Source: Dendrobates tinctorius
Lineage: Eukaryota
Assembly: GCF_039654945.1 (NCBI RefSeq)
Contig: NW_027361819.1
Coordinates: 1,364,001-1,428,000 of the forward strand
DNA: 64,000 nt
Reading direction: 5' to 3'
Under the pieces are notes generated by a model. The model was not told the DNA's origin, ran no database searches, and saw only the letters and a list, made by a program, of their open reading frames with translations. Every line of letters starts with the position of its first letter. The first letter of the stretch is position 1. Made by a program: the position numbers and the translations under genes. Positions 27,375-39,944 of the stretch are shown here, in pieces.

Positions 27375-28699
27375 AACCCCTTCACGACATATGATGTACA
27401 GTTACGCCGTATGTCGGGTCCCTGCCTGTGATGGGGGATACGGACACAACGAGTGTAATACACATGTAACGCTGAGGCCGTGTTCACACTTAGTGTAGAT
27501 GCTGCGTTTATTTGCTGAAGATGTGAATCCGCCTTTTTAACAGTTTTTAATAGTGTAGAAAAGCTTTGATTCTGAGCTTAAAAATGCAGCAGCGTTATTT
27601 TACATGCTTTTCTTTAGGCTCCAGATAGAAGTCTATAGAGGGGAAAAAGCACCAAAACCGCAGAGTTCAGCAGGGTCTTTGGACCACAGGGGACGAAGAT
27701 TTCAGGAGATCACATTCACTTTGCTCAGACATTTAGACCATGTTCCCATGTAGCAGAAATGTAGATTTTCTTTCTGCACAGAAATTCTGCTGTTTATCTC
27801 CAAGCAAAGTGGATGTGATTTCATGAAAATTGCGCCCCCCGGTGGCCTAATGACGCTGCTGAATTCTGCAGATTTTGGAGCGGTTTTCTTCTCTCTCGTC
27901 TTCTATGTGTAGCCTAAAAAAACACAAGTAGAAAACTGCAGATACTTTATTAAGTGCAGAATCAAAGCTTTTCTGTACTATAAAAAACACATTAAAAGCG
28001 CGGCCTCTAGTGATGAGAGAACGTGCTCGGTAAGGTGTTATCTGAGCATGCTCGGGTGCTAACAGAGTGTCTTCAGCGCGCTCCAAATATATATTAGAGT
28101 CTCCGCAGCTGTTAGACAACCACAAGACATGCTGGGAATGCCCGTTTGTTAGACAGCCGACCTGGAGACAGCGGACAGTCCTGGCTGTCTACTGATTGTC
28201 TCCTGCCAGGGTAGAATGAAATGGTAAATGGGCGTGGTTAGGGGTGTGGTCATGGGCGTGGTTAGGGGTGTGACCATGGGCGTGGTCAAACTTTTCACAG
28301 CACACTGTGCGCACTGCGTTTTTTGATTTCCATTGAATACATTGGCACTGTGCACACGCTGCGGATCTGTAGCAGTTTCTGCTGCGGTGTACAGCACCTT
28401 TATATGCAATGGGAAAAAAACTGCAGTGCACACGGTGCGGATTTTTCCGCGGTTTGAAAACAGCAGCATGTCACGTCTTTGTGCGGAATCCGCAGTGGTT
28501 TCACTCCTTCTCCATTGCAGAGGTGGGAAACCGCAGGGGAAAACCACAGGCTAATCCGCAACATGTGCACACAGCCTAAGTGTGACTCAGCAGTGAGCAC
28601 AACCGAGGAGCTGTAGGGGTTAATGATCCTGCACAGACTCTCCGCTTTCCTACTGGGAGGAAACTTTTCCACTTTCAGTTCCTGCTCTTTCCCACTACA

Positions 28700-30268
28700 A
28701 TGGCGTCTGCGGAGCTGAGGGACGAGCTGAACTGCTCCATCTGCCTGAGCCTCTATACAGATCCCGTATCCCTGAGATGTGGACACAACTTCTGCCGCTC
28801 GTGTATTGTGAGTGTGCTGGATGCCCAGGAGGCGGCTGGAGGGTATTCCTGTCCTGACTGCAGAGCGGAATATCTGGAGCGTCCGGCCCTGGAGAAGAGC
28901 CGAAAGCTGAGGAACATAGTGGAGCGTTTCTCATCTACTCAGCCTGATATGGAGGAGACCAGGATCTTCTGTACTTACTGTACAAAGTCTCCTGTACTGG
29001 CAGTAAGGACATGTCTGCAGTGTGAGACCTCCATGTGTGAGGAACATCTCACAGCCCATAACAAGTCGGTGAATCACAATCTCATTGAACCAACAGTGTC
29101 GTTTAAGGGTCAGAAATGCTCCACACACAAGGAGGTGCTGAAATATTACTGTCCTGTAGACGCCGCCTGTATCTGTGTGTCCTGCTGGGTGGCCGGAGAA
29201 CACAGGGGACATTACGTGGAGCTACTGGATGAGGCCTCTGAGAAGAAGAAGGAGAAACTAAAGGAATATCTGAATGATCTGAACCCACAAAAAACAGTTA
29301 TTCAGACAAGAGTCCAGAATCTGCAGGATCGTAAAAGAAAGATCCAGGAGAAAGCCTCCGATAAGACGAAGAACATCAGTAAGAGATTTATGGATATCAA
29401 GGAGCAACTGGAAATGGCAGAAAAGAAAGTTCTGAGCGAGGTCTCCAGGCAGGAGGAGAAGATTGTGTCCAAGATATCTGATCTGATCAAGAAGCTGGAA
29501 ATACAGGAGGACGAGCTGTCCAGGAAGATGTGTCACGTGGAGGAGATGTGTCGTGTCACCGACCCAATAAGACTCTTAGAAGAAAGTGACATTACAGTAT
29601 GTAGTCATGGAGGTGATAAGGACACCGGGGGAGATGGTGGAGAGGTCAGTTCTGAGGAGGATCTGGATGAGGTTCTGATCTCACTGACCTTACTCCGATC
29701 TATGAGGGATATTGTCACCAATGTAACATCAGAGCTCGGGGTCCATGTCCCAGACATATTGCTGGATGTGGACACTGCTCATAGAAGGGTGAAGATATCA
29801 GAAGATCTGAAAACAGCAACAGATTCAGATAACAAACAGGTGAGGCCAGAATCACCAGGGAGATTTGTGACTTATTCCCAAGTCTTAAGCAGATGTGGTC
29901 TCTCCTCAGGACGACATTACTGGGAGGTAGAGAGGAACCAGATAGGAGACTGTTCTATCGGATTGTCCTATCCAACTATAGAAAAGGAAGGAGATAAGTC
30001 TGCTATTGGATGTAATGATAAATCTTGGTGTTTGTGTAGGTATGATGAGGAATATAATGTATGGCACAACTCCGATGTATTATCCCTCAGTGTAGAGCCA
30101 ACATGTCCAACACTTGGTATCTTCTTAGACTATGAGGCCGGGTGTCTGTCCTTCTATGAGCTGTGTGACCCCATCAGACACTTACACACCTTCACCGCCT
30201 CCTTCACTGAACCCCTACATGTTATCATCTATGTGGATTATGGGGCCTCTGTTACAATAAGAAGCTGA
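28700..30268 (+). CDS. TRIM E3 ligase RING-B1-B2-CC-PRY/SPRY, copy 2, 522 aa
   Basis: Intact ORF; differs from copy 1 at QPG/QPD, KVSED/KISED, AGRL/AGCL. Confidence 0.96.
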   Translation: MASAELRDELNCSICLSLYTDPVSLRCGHNFCRSCIVSVLDAQEAAGGYSCPDCRAEYLERPALEKSRKLRNIVERFSSTQPDMEETRIFCTYCTKSPVLAVRTCLQCETSMCEEHLTAHNKSVNHNLIEPTVSFKGQKCSTHKEVLKYYCPVDAACICVSCWVAGEHRGHYVELLDEASEKKKEKLKEYLNDLNPQKTVIQTRVQNLQDRKRKIQEKASDKTKNISKRFMDIKEQLEMAEKKVLSEVSRQEEKIVSKISDLIKKLEIQEDELSRKMCHVEEMCRVTDPIRLLEESDITVCSHGGDKDTGGDGGEVSSEEDLDEVLISLTLLRSMRDIVTNVTSELGVHVPDILLDVDTAHRRVKISEDLKTATDSDNKQVRPESPGRFVTYSQVLSRCGLSSGRHYWEVERNQIGDCSIGLSYPTIEKEGDKSAIGCNDKSWCLCRYDEEYNVWHNSDVLSLSVEPTCPTLGIFLDYEAGCLSFYELCDPIRHLHTFTASFTEPLHVIIYVDYGASVTIRS

Positions 30269-31806
30269 GGCCGATGTCGTCCTCGTCACATTATAATGAC
30301 ATTATTCCTTGTCACATGGACACATCTGTATATAGTGAGTTATCAGCGGGACCCTCTAATAATACAATGTATATGGCGGAGTCATGGGGGGATTGTTCCT
30401 ATTGTTTTTTCCTCTTCCCTGTAGATCAGATGCAGAATCAATGATTGAGCAGAATGTAAATATTAATGGGTGAATTGTCCTGAGACTGGTAGTTGTTATT
30501 CAGTAAAGGGTTAATCCTATCTGATACAGTGCTGGGATATGTCAGCACTCTCTGACTCCCGGGACCCCCACCGATCCTGAGAATAAAGGGGCTGCAGCAT
30601 TAGTTCAGCCTCCTGCACATCGGAGCTCTGGACTCCCCCGGTGCAGGAGCTGCAGTACGGCCGCAGTGGATGGGGAGCACATCGGGGTCCGGAGCGCCGC
30701 TGTGCAGGGGAAACAGGGAGGGGATGCAGCACTAAATCAGCTCTGTGGCCCCTTCATTCTCAGGGTCTGTGACATATGGAAAGTATAGACCATAAATATA
30801 TAAAAGGTACAAAATCTACATAGAGGACTCTCGCCTCCACCAATCAGCTCTTCGTCTGTGGCCCTTGAGGAGTTTCTGTTGTATTTTTGCTGATTAAAAA
30901 ATGCAGCGTCTTGGACTATGTTCACACATTCAGTGTTTTTCCTCCACAGGCACAATCTGCTCTCCTGGCAGTAAGAAACTTGCAGGTTTTGCTTAGTTTT
31001 TGTTGTTTTTTTTCCTGTGTTTTTGTGCATTTATTTCTTGTGCATATTCACCATCAGGTTTCTGGCACAAAAAAAAGTGGTAAAACCTGATCCCTGCGTC
31101 TTTTCAGCGTTTTTGCACCACCCATTGCTTTCTATTGGTGAATAACACTGGGAAAATGCTGAGACGTGACCTGCTGCATCCTGCAAAATCCGAGGTATTC
31201 CACAAAACACTGAGGACACAGACCGAGCCGTGTGCAGGAGATTTCTGACATCTCATAGACTTTGCTGGGACAGTAAAACGCAGATAAAATTTGCATAAAA
31301 AACCCAGAAAAAAAATAACGTGTGAACATGGCCTTACAGTTCTAGCAAAGTGGATGAGATTTCTGGAGATTTCTTCCCTCTGTGCTTCCTTTTTGTTTCC
31401 GCACTGTGTCAGTTCCTCTTGCGGCTCTGCTGAGTTTTGTGTAGATTTCCTCCATAGAATTGTATTACGGTAGATGTGGAAAATCTGTGGAATAAAACAC
31501 ATGATCCCATGACTGTGTCAGAGTTTTGTCAAATTCTAGCAAGTTTCAAAAACAAAGCAGCTTTATTTAAAGCATGACAAACCACAAAGACAAAAACCAC
31601 AAAATCAAAAATGTGATAAAAACACATAAAAAAAGCCGCACTCCAAAATGTAATGTAGGTAATTAGTGCAGAAAATCTACAACATCAGAAACTCCCCGAT
31701 TCCTCCTCTCGGGCATGTGGCCTCAGGCTGAGTTCACACTGAGTTTCCTCTACAAGGATTTAGAAAGAGATTCTGCTCCTAAAACCTCATAGAGAACTGT
31801 GTAGTA

Positions 31807-32185
31807 GGGCAGTTTCACACGTCAGTGTCTCCGGTAAGTGTAGTGACAGTTTTCTCACGAACCGGAGACACTGACACACGTAGACGCATTCGAATGAATG
31901 TGTCTATGCAGATGTCAGCGTGTTTTCACGGACCGTGTGTCCGTGTCCAGAACACGCTGACATGTCCGTTTTTGTGCAACAGCACGGATCGCACGGACCC
32001 ATACAAGCCAATGGGTCCGTGTAAACACGTACCGCACATGGATGCTGTCCGTGTGCGTTTTTAAAAGTCAAAGGGTTAACATTGAAACTAATTTTTCAAA
32101 TACACGGATACACAGACAGCACACGGATGTCACACGGACACGAATAGCTCCGGTACCGGAATTATCTGGAAGCGTAAAACTGCAC
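31807..32185. mobile_element. Harbinger-type MITE (unit B only)
   Basis: Imperfect TIR GGGCAGTTTCACACG / GCGTAAAACTGCAC; absent at the homologous site near 57655. Confidence 0.65.
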
Positions 32186-32189
32186 AGTA

Positions 32190-34480
32190 GTGAGGTGGTC
32201 GTCCTCGTGTAGACGGCTGCTGCACCTGTGAAAGCCGACTCATTAAAACAATGGCGAGGCCAAAAATGAGAAAAGAAATGCTTGTGTCTCGTTGCCCAAA
32301 GGGTTTTCTATTTCTTAAATATCATAGTTGATTTCTTGGGAATTAAGTTCTTTAGAATCGGAACCCCACGGACAATGAACCAATGCCGGCATAATATCTT
32401 CCTAGCGGAGGCTCGGCCTTCACTACAGGAGGTGATGACACAAAATTGAATTTCAGCCATATTCTCAGTAGTTTTAGCATTTTTCCTCATCTAATCTCCT
32501 GTCCTTTTCTCTTTACTACATTCCTTCTGGGACGTCCGTCTGGTCTTCCTCTAGGCGTCTGTAAGGATATCTTCAGGGCAGCCATTAGTCAGAAGCCTCT
32601 CTTTGTAGGCGACGTGCCTGTGTATTAGGCCACATGCACACATGGAGTGTTTGGTGAGTTTTTTACCCCAGTATTTGTAAGCCAAAACCAGGAGTGGAAC
32701 GGTCACATGAAAAGGGTAAGGCTGTGTTCACACAGAGGTTTTTTTCGCGTTTTTCCCTCGGATTTACCAAAAAATCCGCTCAAAAAATACTTAAAAGAAG
32801 CTTCCCATTCATTTTAATGCATTTTGCACTTTTTGTGCATATTGATGCGTTTTTTTACCACGAAGAATACGCTTTGCGGTAAAAAACGCAGTATGCTCAT
32901 TAATTTTGCAGTAAATTCCACATTTCTGGCTATTTTCTATGTGTCTGGGGACGCGCGGCAAAAAAGCGTGGAAAAAAATCGCACGTTTTCTAGGAAGGAG
33001 TCCGGTTTTTATGCTGAAATTTTCTGCATACGTGTGCACATAGCCTAATAGAAACATTTGCACCACTTCTGCATTTCTCACCGACTCCTTGTTTTGGCTA
33101 CAAATACTGTGGTAAAAAAGTCACCAAATACTCACTGTGTGCATGTGAGCTTAAAGTTCACGTCTAAGGTGCCATTCTTTCTGATCCCCCGATACTGGCA
33201 GTGTGGGAAATGTTTTATCCACTCCGGGAGACAATCATGACCAAATTATACAGAGCTGATAATATCCACATTTCTAAGTAATATGTATGATACAGTCTTG
33301 TCTGTAGGATTTTGTGAGATTGTGAGATCTAGAAATTGGACAGAAGAATAGGTCGGATTAAACACCAGATCTCACGGGGTCAATGTCAATCACCGAACAT
33401 AACATTCAGCTTCATGAACAGTAACTGAGCAAATGAGAAAAAAATCACTAATAAAAAGTTTATAAAAACAGATGCAAGCGATGAAGAGGGACTCAAAATG
33501 CCCCAGTAACAAGTTTACATAAACGGGCGTGAAACGAGACCCCATCGCACAACCCCTCGTCTGCCGGTAGGTCACATCCCCAAAGGAAAAATCATTGTGG
33601 CTCTAAATAAATCTGAGGCTATGTGCACACGATGCAGATTTGCTGCTGATCCGCATTGTGATTTACAGTACAATGTAAATCAATGGGAAAAGAAAAAGAT
33701 GTGTGGAATTGCTGCGGATTTAAAAAAAGTGCATGTCACTTCTTTTGTGCGGATCTGCAGCGTTTCTGGCCCCCTCCATGATAGAAATCCGTAGTGGCAA
33801 AAACTGCAGAAAATCCGCATAAAAACCGCGGCTGCGGATTCTGCCAGGAGATGTGGATTTTGTGCAGAAAATTCTGCACCACTTTTCCTACGTGTGCACA
33901 TAGCCTAATACCCTGGATCAAAACCCCAATCTGATCCCGGGAAAGTTCTGTTATTGTACAAATATATTTCTATGGCTTCTGCACCCAAATTAGGCTGAAT
34001 ATTAGAGTCTAAAGATATTACATCTAAAGTGAAAATTACACAGTGAGATGGTTCAGATGTGACCGAATTCATCTATAAGATGGGAAGAATCCCGTGAAAG
34101 CGATGGTGATTGTGAAAGAAAGGACGGAAGAAATAAATCAGTGTAGTGGGATAAATTCCAAGTGATTGACCCGATCCCTGAAATGATGGGACGTCTGGGG
34201 ATTATTAATATCTGTATGCAGGTTTGGCAAATAATAACAATGAGGTATTTGTATAGTTCTTTATTAATAACAAATCTCTGTCTCTTATGTAGAATTTCCG
34301 CCCGCTCTGCTGATAAAATCACATTCCGATACTGGATAAATGGCAATCAGAGGAAATAGTCTGATAATGTCTTATCCCCGATATTCGCTGGGATTCAGAG
34401 GTGTTTGCAGTGAGATCCCAGATAGCGGCTCCTCCACCTTCATCAGCGGCCCTTATAATTGTATCCCCAGTGCTCCTTAA
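32190..34480 (-). pseudogene. Decayed Penelope-like RT relic (copy 4)
   Basis: Paralog of 13460-15780. Confidence 0.8.
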
Positions 34481-36314
34481 CCCCTTCACGACATATGATG
34501 TACAGTTACGCCGTATGTCGGGTCCCTGCCTGTGATGGGGGATACGGACACAACGAGTGTAATACACATGTAACGCTGAGGCCGTGTTCACACTTAGTGT
34601 AGATGCTGCGTTTATTTGCTGAAGATGTGAATCCGCCTTTTTAACAGTATTTAATAGTGTAGAAAAGCTTTGATTCTGAGCTTAAAAATGCAGCAGCGTT
34701 ATTTTACATGCTTTTCTTTAGGCTCCAAATAGAAGTCTATAGAGGGGAAAAAGCACCAAAACCGCAGAGTTCAGCAGGGTCTTTGGACCACAGGGGACGA
34801 AGATTTCAGGAGATCACATTCACTTTGCTTAGACATTTAGACCATGTTCCCATGTAGCAGAAATGTAGATTTTCTTTCTGCACAGAAATTCTGCTGTTTA
34901 TCTCCAAGCAAAGTGGATGTGATTTCATGAAAATTGCGCCCCTCGGTGGCCTAATGACGCTGCTGAATTCTGCGGTTTTGGAGCTGTGTTCTTCTCTCTT
35001 GTCTTCTATGTGAAGTCTAAAAAAACACAAATAGAAAACTGCAGAAACTTTATTAAGTTCAGAATCAAAGCTTTTCTGTACTATAAAAAAACACATTAAA
35101 AACGCGGCTTCTAGTGATGAGAGAACGTGCTCGGTAAGGTGTTATCTGAGCATGCTCGGGTGCTAACAGAGTGTCTTCAGCGTGCTCCAAATATATATCA
35201 GAGTCCCCGCAACTGTTTCACATCCGTCCTGGAGACAGCGGACAGTCCCGGCCGTCTGCTGATTGTCTCCTGCCAGGGTGGAACAAAATGGTAAATGGGT
35301 GTGGTTAGGGGTGTGGCCATGGGCGTGGGTAACCTTTGCCAGGCGCACTGTGCGCAGCATAATTTCTTCCTCTTTCTATTCTTAAACAGTTGGGAATGCT
35401 GAACATGTGAGCGTGGCCTTAGACACAGCGGGCAGCAGTTCTCATGAAATCACATCCACGTTGTTTGCACAGTTAGGTCGTGTTCACACGTAGCAGAAAT
35501 GCTGCTTTTTTTGTGCAGAAAATCTGCTGCGTTTAACTGTCCAAGCAAAGTGGATGTGATTCCATGTGACCTCCTGCGCGCTGTGGTCTAAAGGCGCTGC
35601 TGAACTCTGCAGTCTTGGGGCGTTTTATCTTTATGAGGAGCTTGAAAAAGACACAAAAAAGACACAGTTGTATTTCTAATGCTGATGTCGACAGTAGCAT
35701 CTGTTTATTGTAGTAAAGGGTCACCCTGTTTGTCCCTATCAGCACCCCATGATTGTGATCACACGGTGCCAATGGCAGACATGATCACCCCAGGCGGAGT
35801 ATATATATATATACAGTGTATACTATGCCACTCATAATCTTGGAGCAATTCATTGCCCATTACTCTGTGACGAGCTTTCCAGGTGTTTTTTATTGGCTCA
35901 CCCACCATTAATGTTTGTACTTATTATGTTGGATATTTCTTCTCTTAAAAATTATTCAATAAAGATCATCAGTCACGCTTTATCCACATCTGCTTAAGGC
36001 TAGTTTCACATTAGCGTTTTTTTGCGCAGCGCATCGTGCGCATAAAAAACGCAAAGAAAAACGCAAAACAAATGTGCGTTTTTTTTTCATCATGCGCACG
36101 CTGATGCGTCAAAATAACGCAGTGTTACTTGCGTTTTACATGCGTTTTTGCATGCGGTTGCGTTTTTTATGCGCATGCGTTTTTAGGTGTGACATTTCAC
36201 AATAGAAAAATCCTTGACCACCAATGGGTCACCAGTGGGCGTGTGTCATTGGAATGTTTTATAGACCCTGTACTGCTGAATTCATCAGATTTTGCTGCTG
36301 TTTCCGGTGTCAAG

Positions 36315-37850
36315 ATGGACCTGCGTCTGGATAATTTCCGCTTCAAGCTGGATCTTGACATTGCGCTGTCTCAGGCGTATGTCTTTTGTTGCCAGCAAGA
36401 AAGGGAGAGGGAGAGACAGCAGAGACGGCAGCGGCGTCGGTTTTGGAGGCATCCAGTCATCGAACTCCGGCCAAGCCGTGGAGCATATCACACGCTGTAC
36501 AGCGAGCTCCAGGAAAACCCGGAGAAATTTGCTGACTATACACGGATGTCCCAGGAAAGCTTCCGTGACTTGCTGGGTATGGTTGAAGGAAACATCCGGA
36601 GAAGGGACACTCAGCTCCGGCGTGCCATTCCTCCCGAAGAAAGGCTCCTTGTCACCTTACGGTATGTATGTTGTTATGTTTGCATAATTTTTTTGGCTTT
36701 TTGCTTTTTTTTTTTTTTTTTTTTGTCCAAAAAATTTGGTTTTTTTTGGCTATTGAATTTGAACATTATTTTTGGGAAATTGCTTTTTTGCATAATGGTT
36801 TTTCTTCTGTCATGTACTAATCCCAAGCCTTTATAAAATGTTTTTTTGCTATGTTGTATTAAAAAAACATGCAAAATAGTTAGGCCATGTACTTTTTTAT
36901 TTTCAGTGTTTTTAGTAATACCCAAGACAGAAATACAATTATTTTTTCTTTTTATGTTTGGCAGGTTCCTGGCAACTGGAGAGAGTCTTTCATCCCTGCA
37001 TTTCCAGTACCGGCTGGGAATCTCTACTTTATCCGGGATTGTTGCCGACACCTGCAGGGCTCTGTGGGATGTTCTGTGTCCGGAGTTTCTGCCATTGCCC
37101 ACTGCCGAAAAGTGGCTTCAAATATCGGACAAATTCTGGGCAGTCTGCAATTTCCCGAACTGCCTAGGAGCGGTGGACGGGAAGCACATCCGCATCACAA
37201 AACCCGCAAGAAGTGGCTCCGAGTACTACAACTACAAGAAGTACTTTTCCACAGTCCTAATGGCCATTGCGGATGCAGACTGCCGGTTTGTGGCGGTGGA
37301 CATAGGGGCATTCGGACGGGGCAACGATTTCCAGACTTTTAAGAACTCTGATATGGGCTGGAGGTTGTACGGCAACCATTTCAATTTTCCACTGGCACGG
37401 CCTCTTCCCCAAACCCAAACTCCACCACTGCCATTTGTAGTGGTTGGGGATGAGGCATTTCAGATGTGCCCAAACCTGCTGAAGCCGTACTCCAGCCGTG
37501 ACTTGGACCACCGCAAGAAAATTTTCAACTACAGGCTTACGAGGGCTCGCAGGACTGTAGAGTGCGCCTTTGGCATTCTAGTGTCCAGATGGCGAATTCT
37601 CAGCACCGCCATCAATCTCAAAATGGAAACAGTAGATGAGGTGGTGAAGGCCTGCGTGGTTCTCCACAATTTTGTTATGGCAAAGGAGCGGCCGAACTTT
37701 GACATGGATGAGCCTGCTGCCAACCCTTTGCCAGATTTTACTCAGCACCCTCTTCGGTCCTCAGTCGAAGTTGCCCAAATGAGGGACCAATTTGCGGACT
37801 ACTTTTTATCCGATGTTGGTCGTGTAGCATGGCAGGATCAAATGGTTTAA
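36315..37850 (+). CDS. PIF/Harbinger DDE transposase, 2 exons (36315-36661, 36965-37850), ~410 aa
   Basis: Splice restores VTLR|FLATGE; D-D-E motifs GAVDGKH, VGDEAF, VECAFG intact. Confidence 0.92.
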
Positions 37851-38006
37851 TAGTTTTCTTGTTTGTTAAAAATAAAATACATGGTTTTTTCTACCTGTAC
37901 CCAGTGTACTGTGTCTTAATAAACTCCACTACTCATCTGCCCAGGTTAAATTGAAGAAAGGGAAACCACCATAAAAAAAATAAATATATAAATATATATA
38001 TATATA

Positions 38007-39209
38007 CACTCACTGGCCACTTTATTAGGTACACCTGTCCAACTGTGTGTTAAGACTTAATTTCTAATCAGCCAATCACATGGCGGCAACTCAGTGCATT
38101 TAGGCATGTAGACATGGTCAAGACAATCTCCTGCAGTTCAAACCGAGCATCAGTATGGGGAAGAAAGGTGATTTGAGTGCCTTTGAACGTGGCATGATTG
38201 TTGGTGCCAGAAGGGCTGGTCTGAGTATTTCAGAAACTGCTGATCTACTGGGATTTTCACGCACAACCATCTCTAGGGTTTACAGAGAATGGTCCGAAAA
38301 AGAAAAAAAATCCAGTGAGCGGCAGTTCTGTGGCCGGAAATGCCTTGTTGATGCCAGAGGTCAGAGGAGAATGGGCAGACTGGTTCGAGCTGATAGAAAG
38401 GCAACAGTGACTCAAATTGCCACCCGTTACAACCAAGGTAGGCAGAAGAGCATCTCTGAACGCACAGTGCGTCGAACTTTGAGGCAGATGGGCTACAGCA
38501 GCAGAAGACCACACTGGGTACCACTCCTCTCAGCTAAGAACAGGAAACTGAGGCTACAATTTGCACAAGCTCATCGAAATTGGACAGTAGAAGATTGGAA
38601 AAACGTTGCCTGGTCTGATGAGTCTCGATTTCTGCTGCGACATTCGGATGGTAGGGTCAGAATTTGGCGTAAACAACATGAAAGCATGGATCCATCCTGC
38701 CTTGTATCAACGGTTCAGGCTGGTGGTGGTGGTGTCATGGTGTGGGGAATTTTTTCTTGGCACTCTTTGGGCCCCTTGGTACCAATTGAGCATCGTTGCA
38801 ACGCCACAGCCTACCTGAGTATTGTTGCTGACCATGTCCATCCCTTTATGACCACAATGTACCCAACATCTGATGGCTACTTTCAGCAGGATAATGCGCC
38901 ATGTCATAAAGCTCGAATCATCTCAGATTGGTTTCTTGAACATGACAATGAGTTCACTGTACTCAAATGGCCTCCTCAGTCACCAGATCTCAATCCAATA
39001 GAGCATCTTTGGGATGTGGTGGAACGGGAGATTCGCATCAGGGATGTGCAGCCGACAAATCTGCGCCAACTGTGTGATGCCATCATGTCAATATGGTCCA
39101 AAATCTCTGAGGAATGCTTCCAGCACCTTGTTGAATCTCTGCCACGAAGAATTGAGGCAGTTCTGAAGGCAAAAGGGGGTCCAACCCCTTACTAGCATGG
39201 TGTACCTAA
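38007..39209 (+). mobile_element. Tc1-superfamily DD36E (Incomer-like) transposon, right TIR runs into gap
   Basis: TA|CACTCACTGGCCACTTTATTAGGTACACC left TIR; GGTGTACCTAA at 39199-39209 is the inner part of the right TIR; ~1.2 kb. Confidence 0.9.
38155..39195 (+). CDS. Intact Tc1-like transposase, 346 aa, DD36E
   Basis: N-terminal [30 protein letters not shown]; 36 residues counted between second D and E. Confidence 0.95.
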   Translation: MGKKGDLSAFERGMIVGARRAGLSISETADLLGFSRTTISRVYREWSEKEKKSSERQFCGRKCLVDARGQRRMGRLVRADRKATVTQIATRYNQGRQKSISERTVRRTLRQMGYSSRRPHWVPLLSAKNRKLRLQFAQAHRNWTVEDWKNVAWSDESRFLLRHSDGRVRIWRKQHESMDPSCLVSTVQAGGGGVMVWGIFSWHSLGPLVPIEHRCNATAYLSIVADHVHPFMTTMYPTSDGYFQQDNAPCHKARIISDWFLEHDNEFTVLKWPPQSPDLNPIEHLWDVVEREIRIRDVQPTNLRQLCDAIMSIWSKISEECFQHLVESLPRRIEAVLKAKGGPTPY

Positions 39210-39677
39210 NNNNNNNNNNNNNNNNNNNNNNNNNNNNNNNNNNNNNNNNNNNNNNNNNNNNNNNNNNNNNNNNNNNNNNNNNNNNNNNNNNNNNNNNNNN
39301 NNNNNNNNNNNNNNNNNNNNNNNNNNNNNNNNNNNNNNNNNNNNNNNNNNNNNNNNNNNNNNNNNNNNNNNNNNNNNNNNNNNNNNNNNNNNNNNNNNNN
39401 NNNNNNNNNNNNNNNNNNNNNNNNNNNNNNNNNNNNNNNNNNNNNNNNNNNNNNNNNNNNNNNNNNNNNNNNNNNNNNNNNNNNNNNNNNNNNNNNNNNN
39501 NNNNNNNNNNNNNNNNNNNNNNNNNNNNNNNNNNNNNNNNNNNNNNNNNNNNNNNNNNNNNNNNNNNNNNNNNNNNNNNNNNNNNNNNNNNNNNNNNNNN
39601 NNNNNNNNNNNNNNNNNNNNNNNNNNNNNNNNNNNNNNNNNNNNNNNNNNNNNNNNNNNNNNNNNNNNNNNNNNNNN
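39210..39677. other. Assembly gap (468 N)
   Basis: Run of n. Confidence 1.
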
Positions 39678-39737
39678 TATACCGGATGGTCAGCCATCCA
39701 ACTCTGAAAGGGATACTATATTTCATTTTTTTTTTAG

Positions 39738-39787
<50 letters not shown>

Positions 39788-39840
39788 AAAAATGAAATAT
39801 AGTATCCCTTTCAGAGTTGGATGGCTGACCATCCGGTATA
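39678..39840. repeat. Perfect foldback palindrome with (TA)n centre
   Basis: TATACCGGATGGTCAGCCATCCAACTCTGAAAGGGATACTATATTTCATTTT.. and its exact reverse complement ending at 39840. Confidence 0.92.
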
Positions 39841-39944
39841 AAGTAAAGAAAAACAAATCATAGTGTAGGGCGCAGTGTGTGCAGGCGGCGAAAGACACAA
39901 TAAGAAAACATTATTTTGAAAAAAAAATTTAACATTTATTTAAC

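Larger units (their letters stand above)
19248..37989. repeat. Tandem segmental duplication, unit B
   Basis: Near-identical to 1012-19247; ends in the AT run just before the Tc1 element. Confidence 0.92.

Noticed and set aside
39088-39802. ORFs containing X runs
   Set aside because: Artefacts of the N gap
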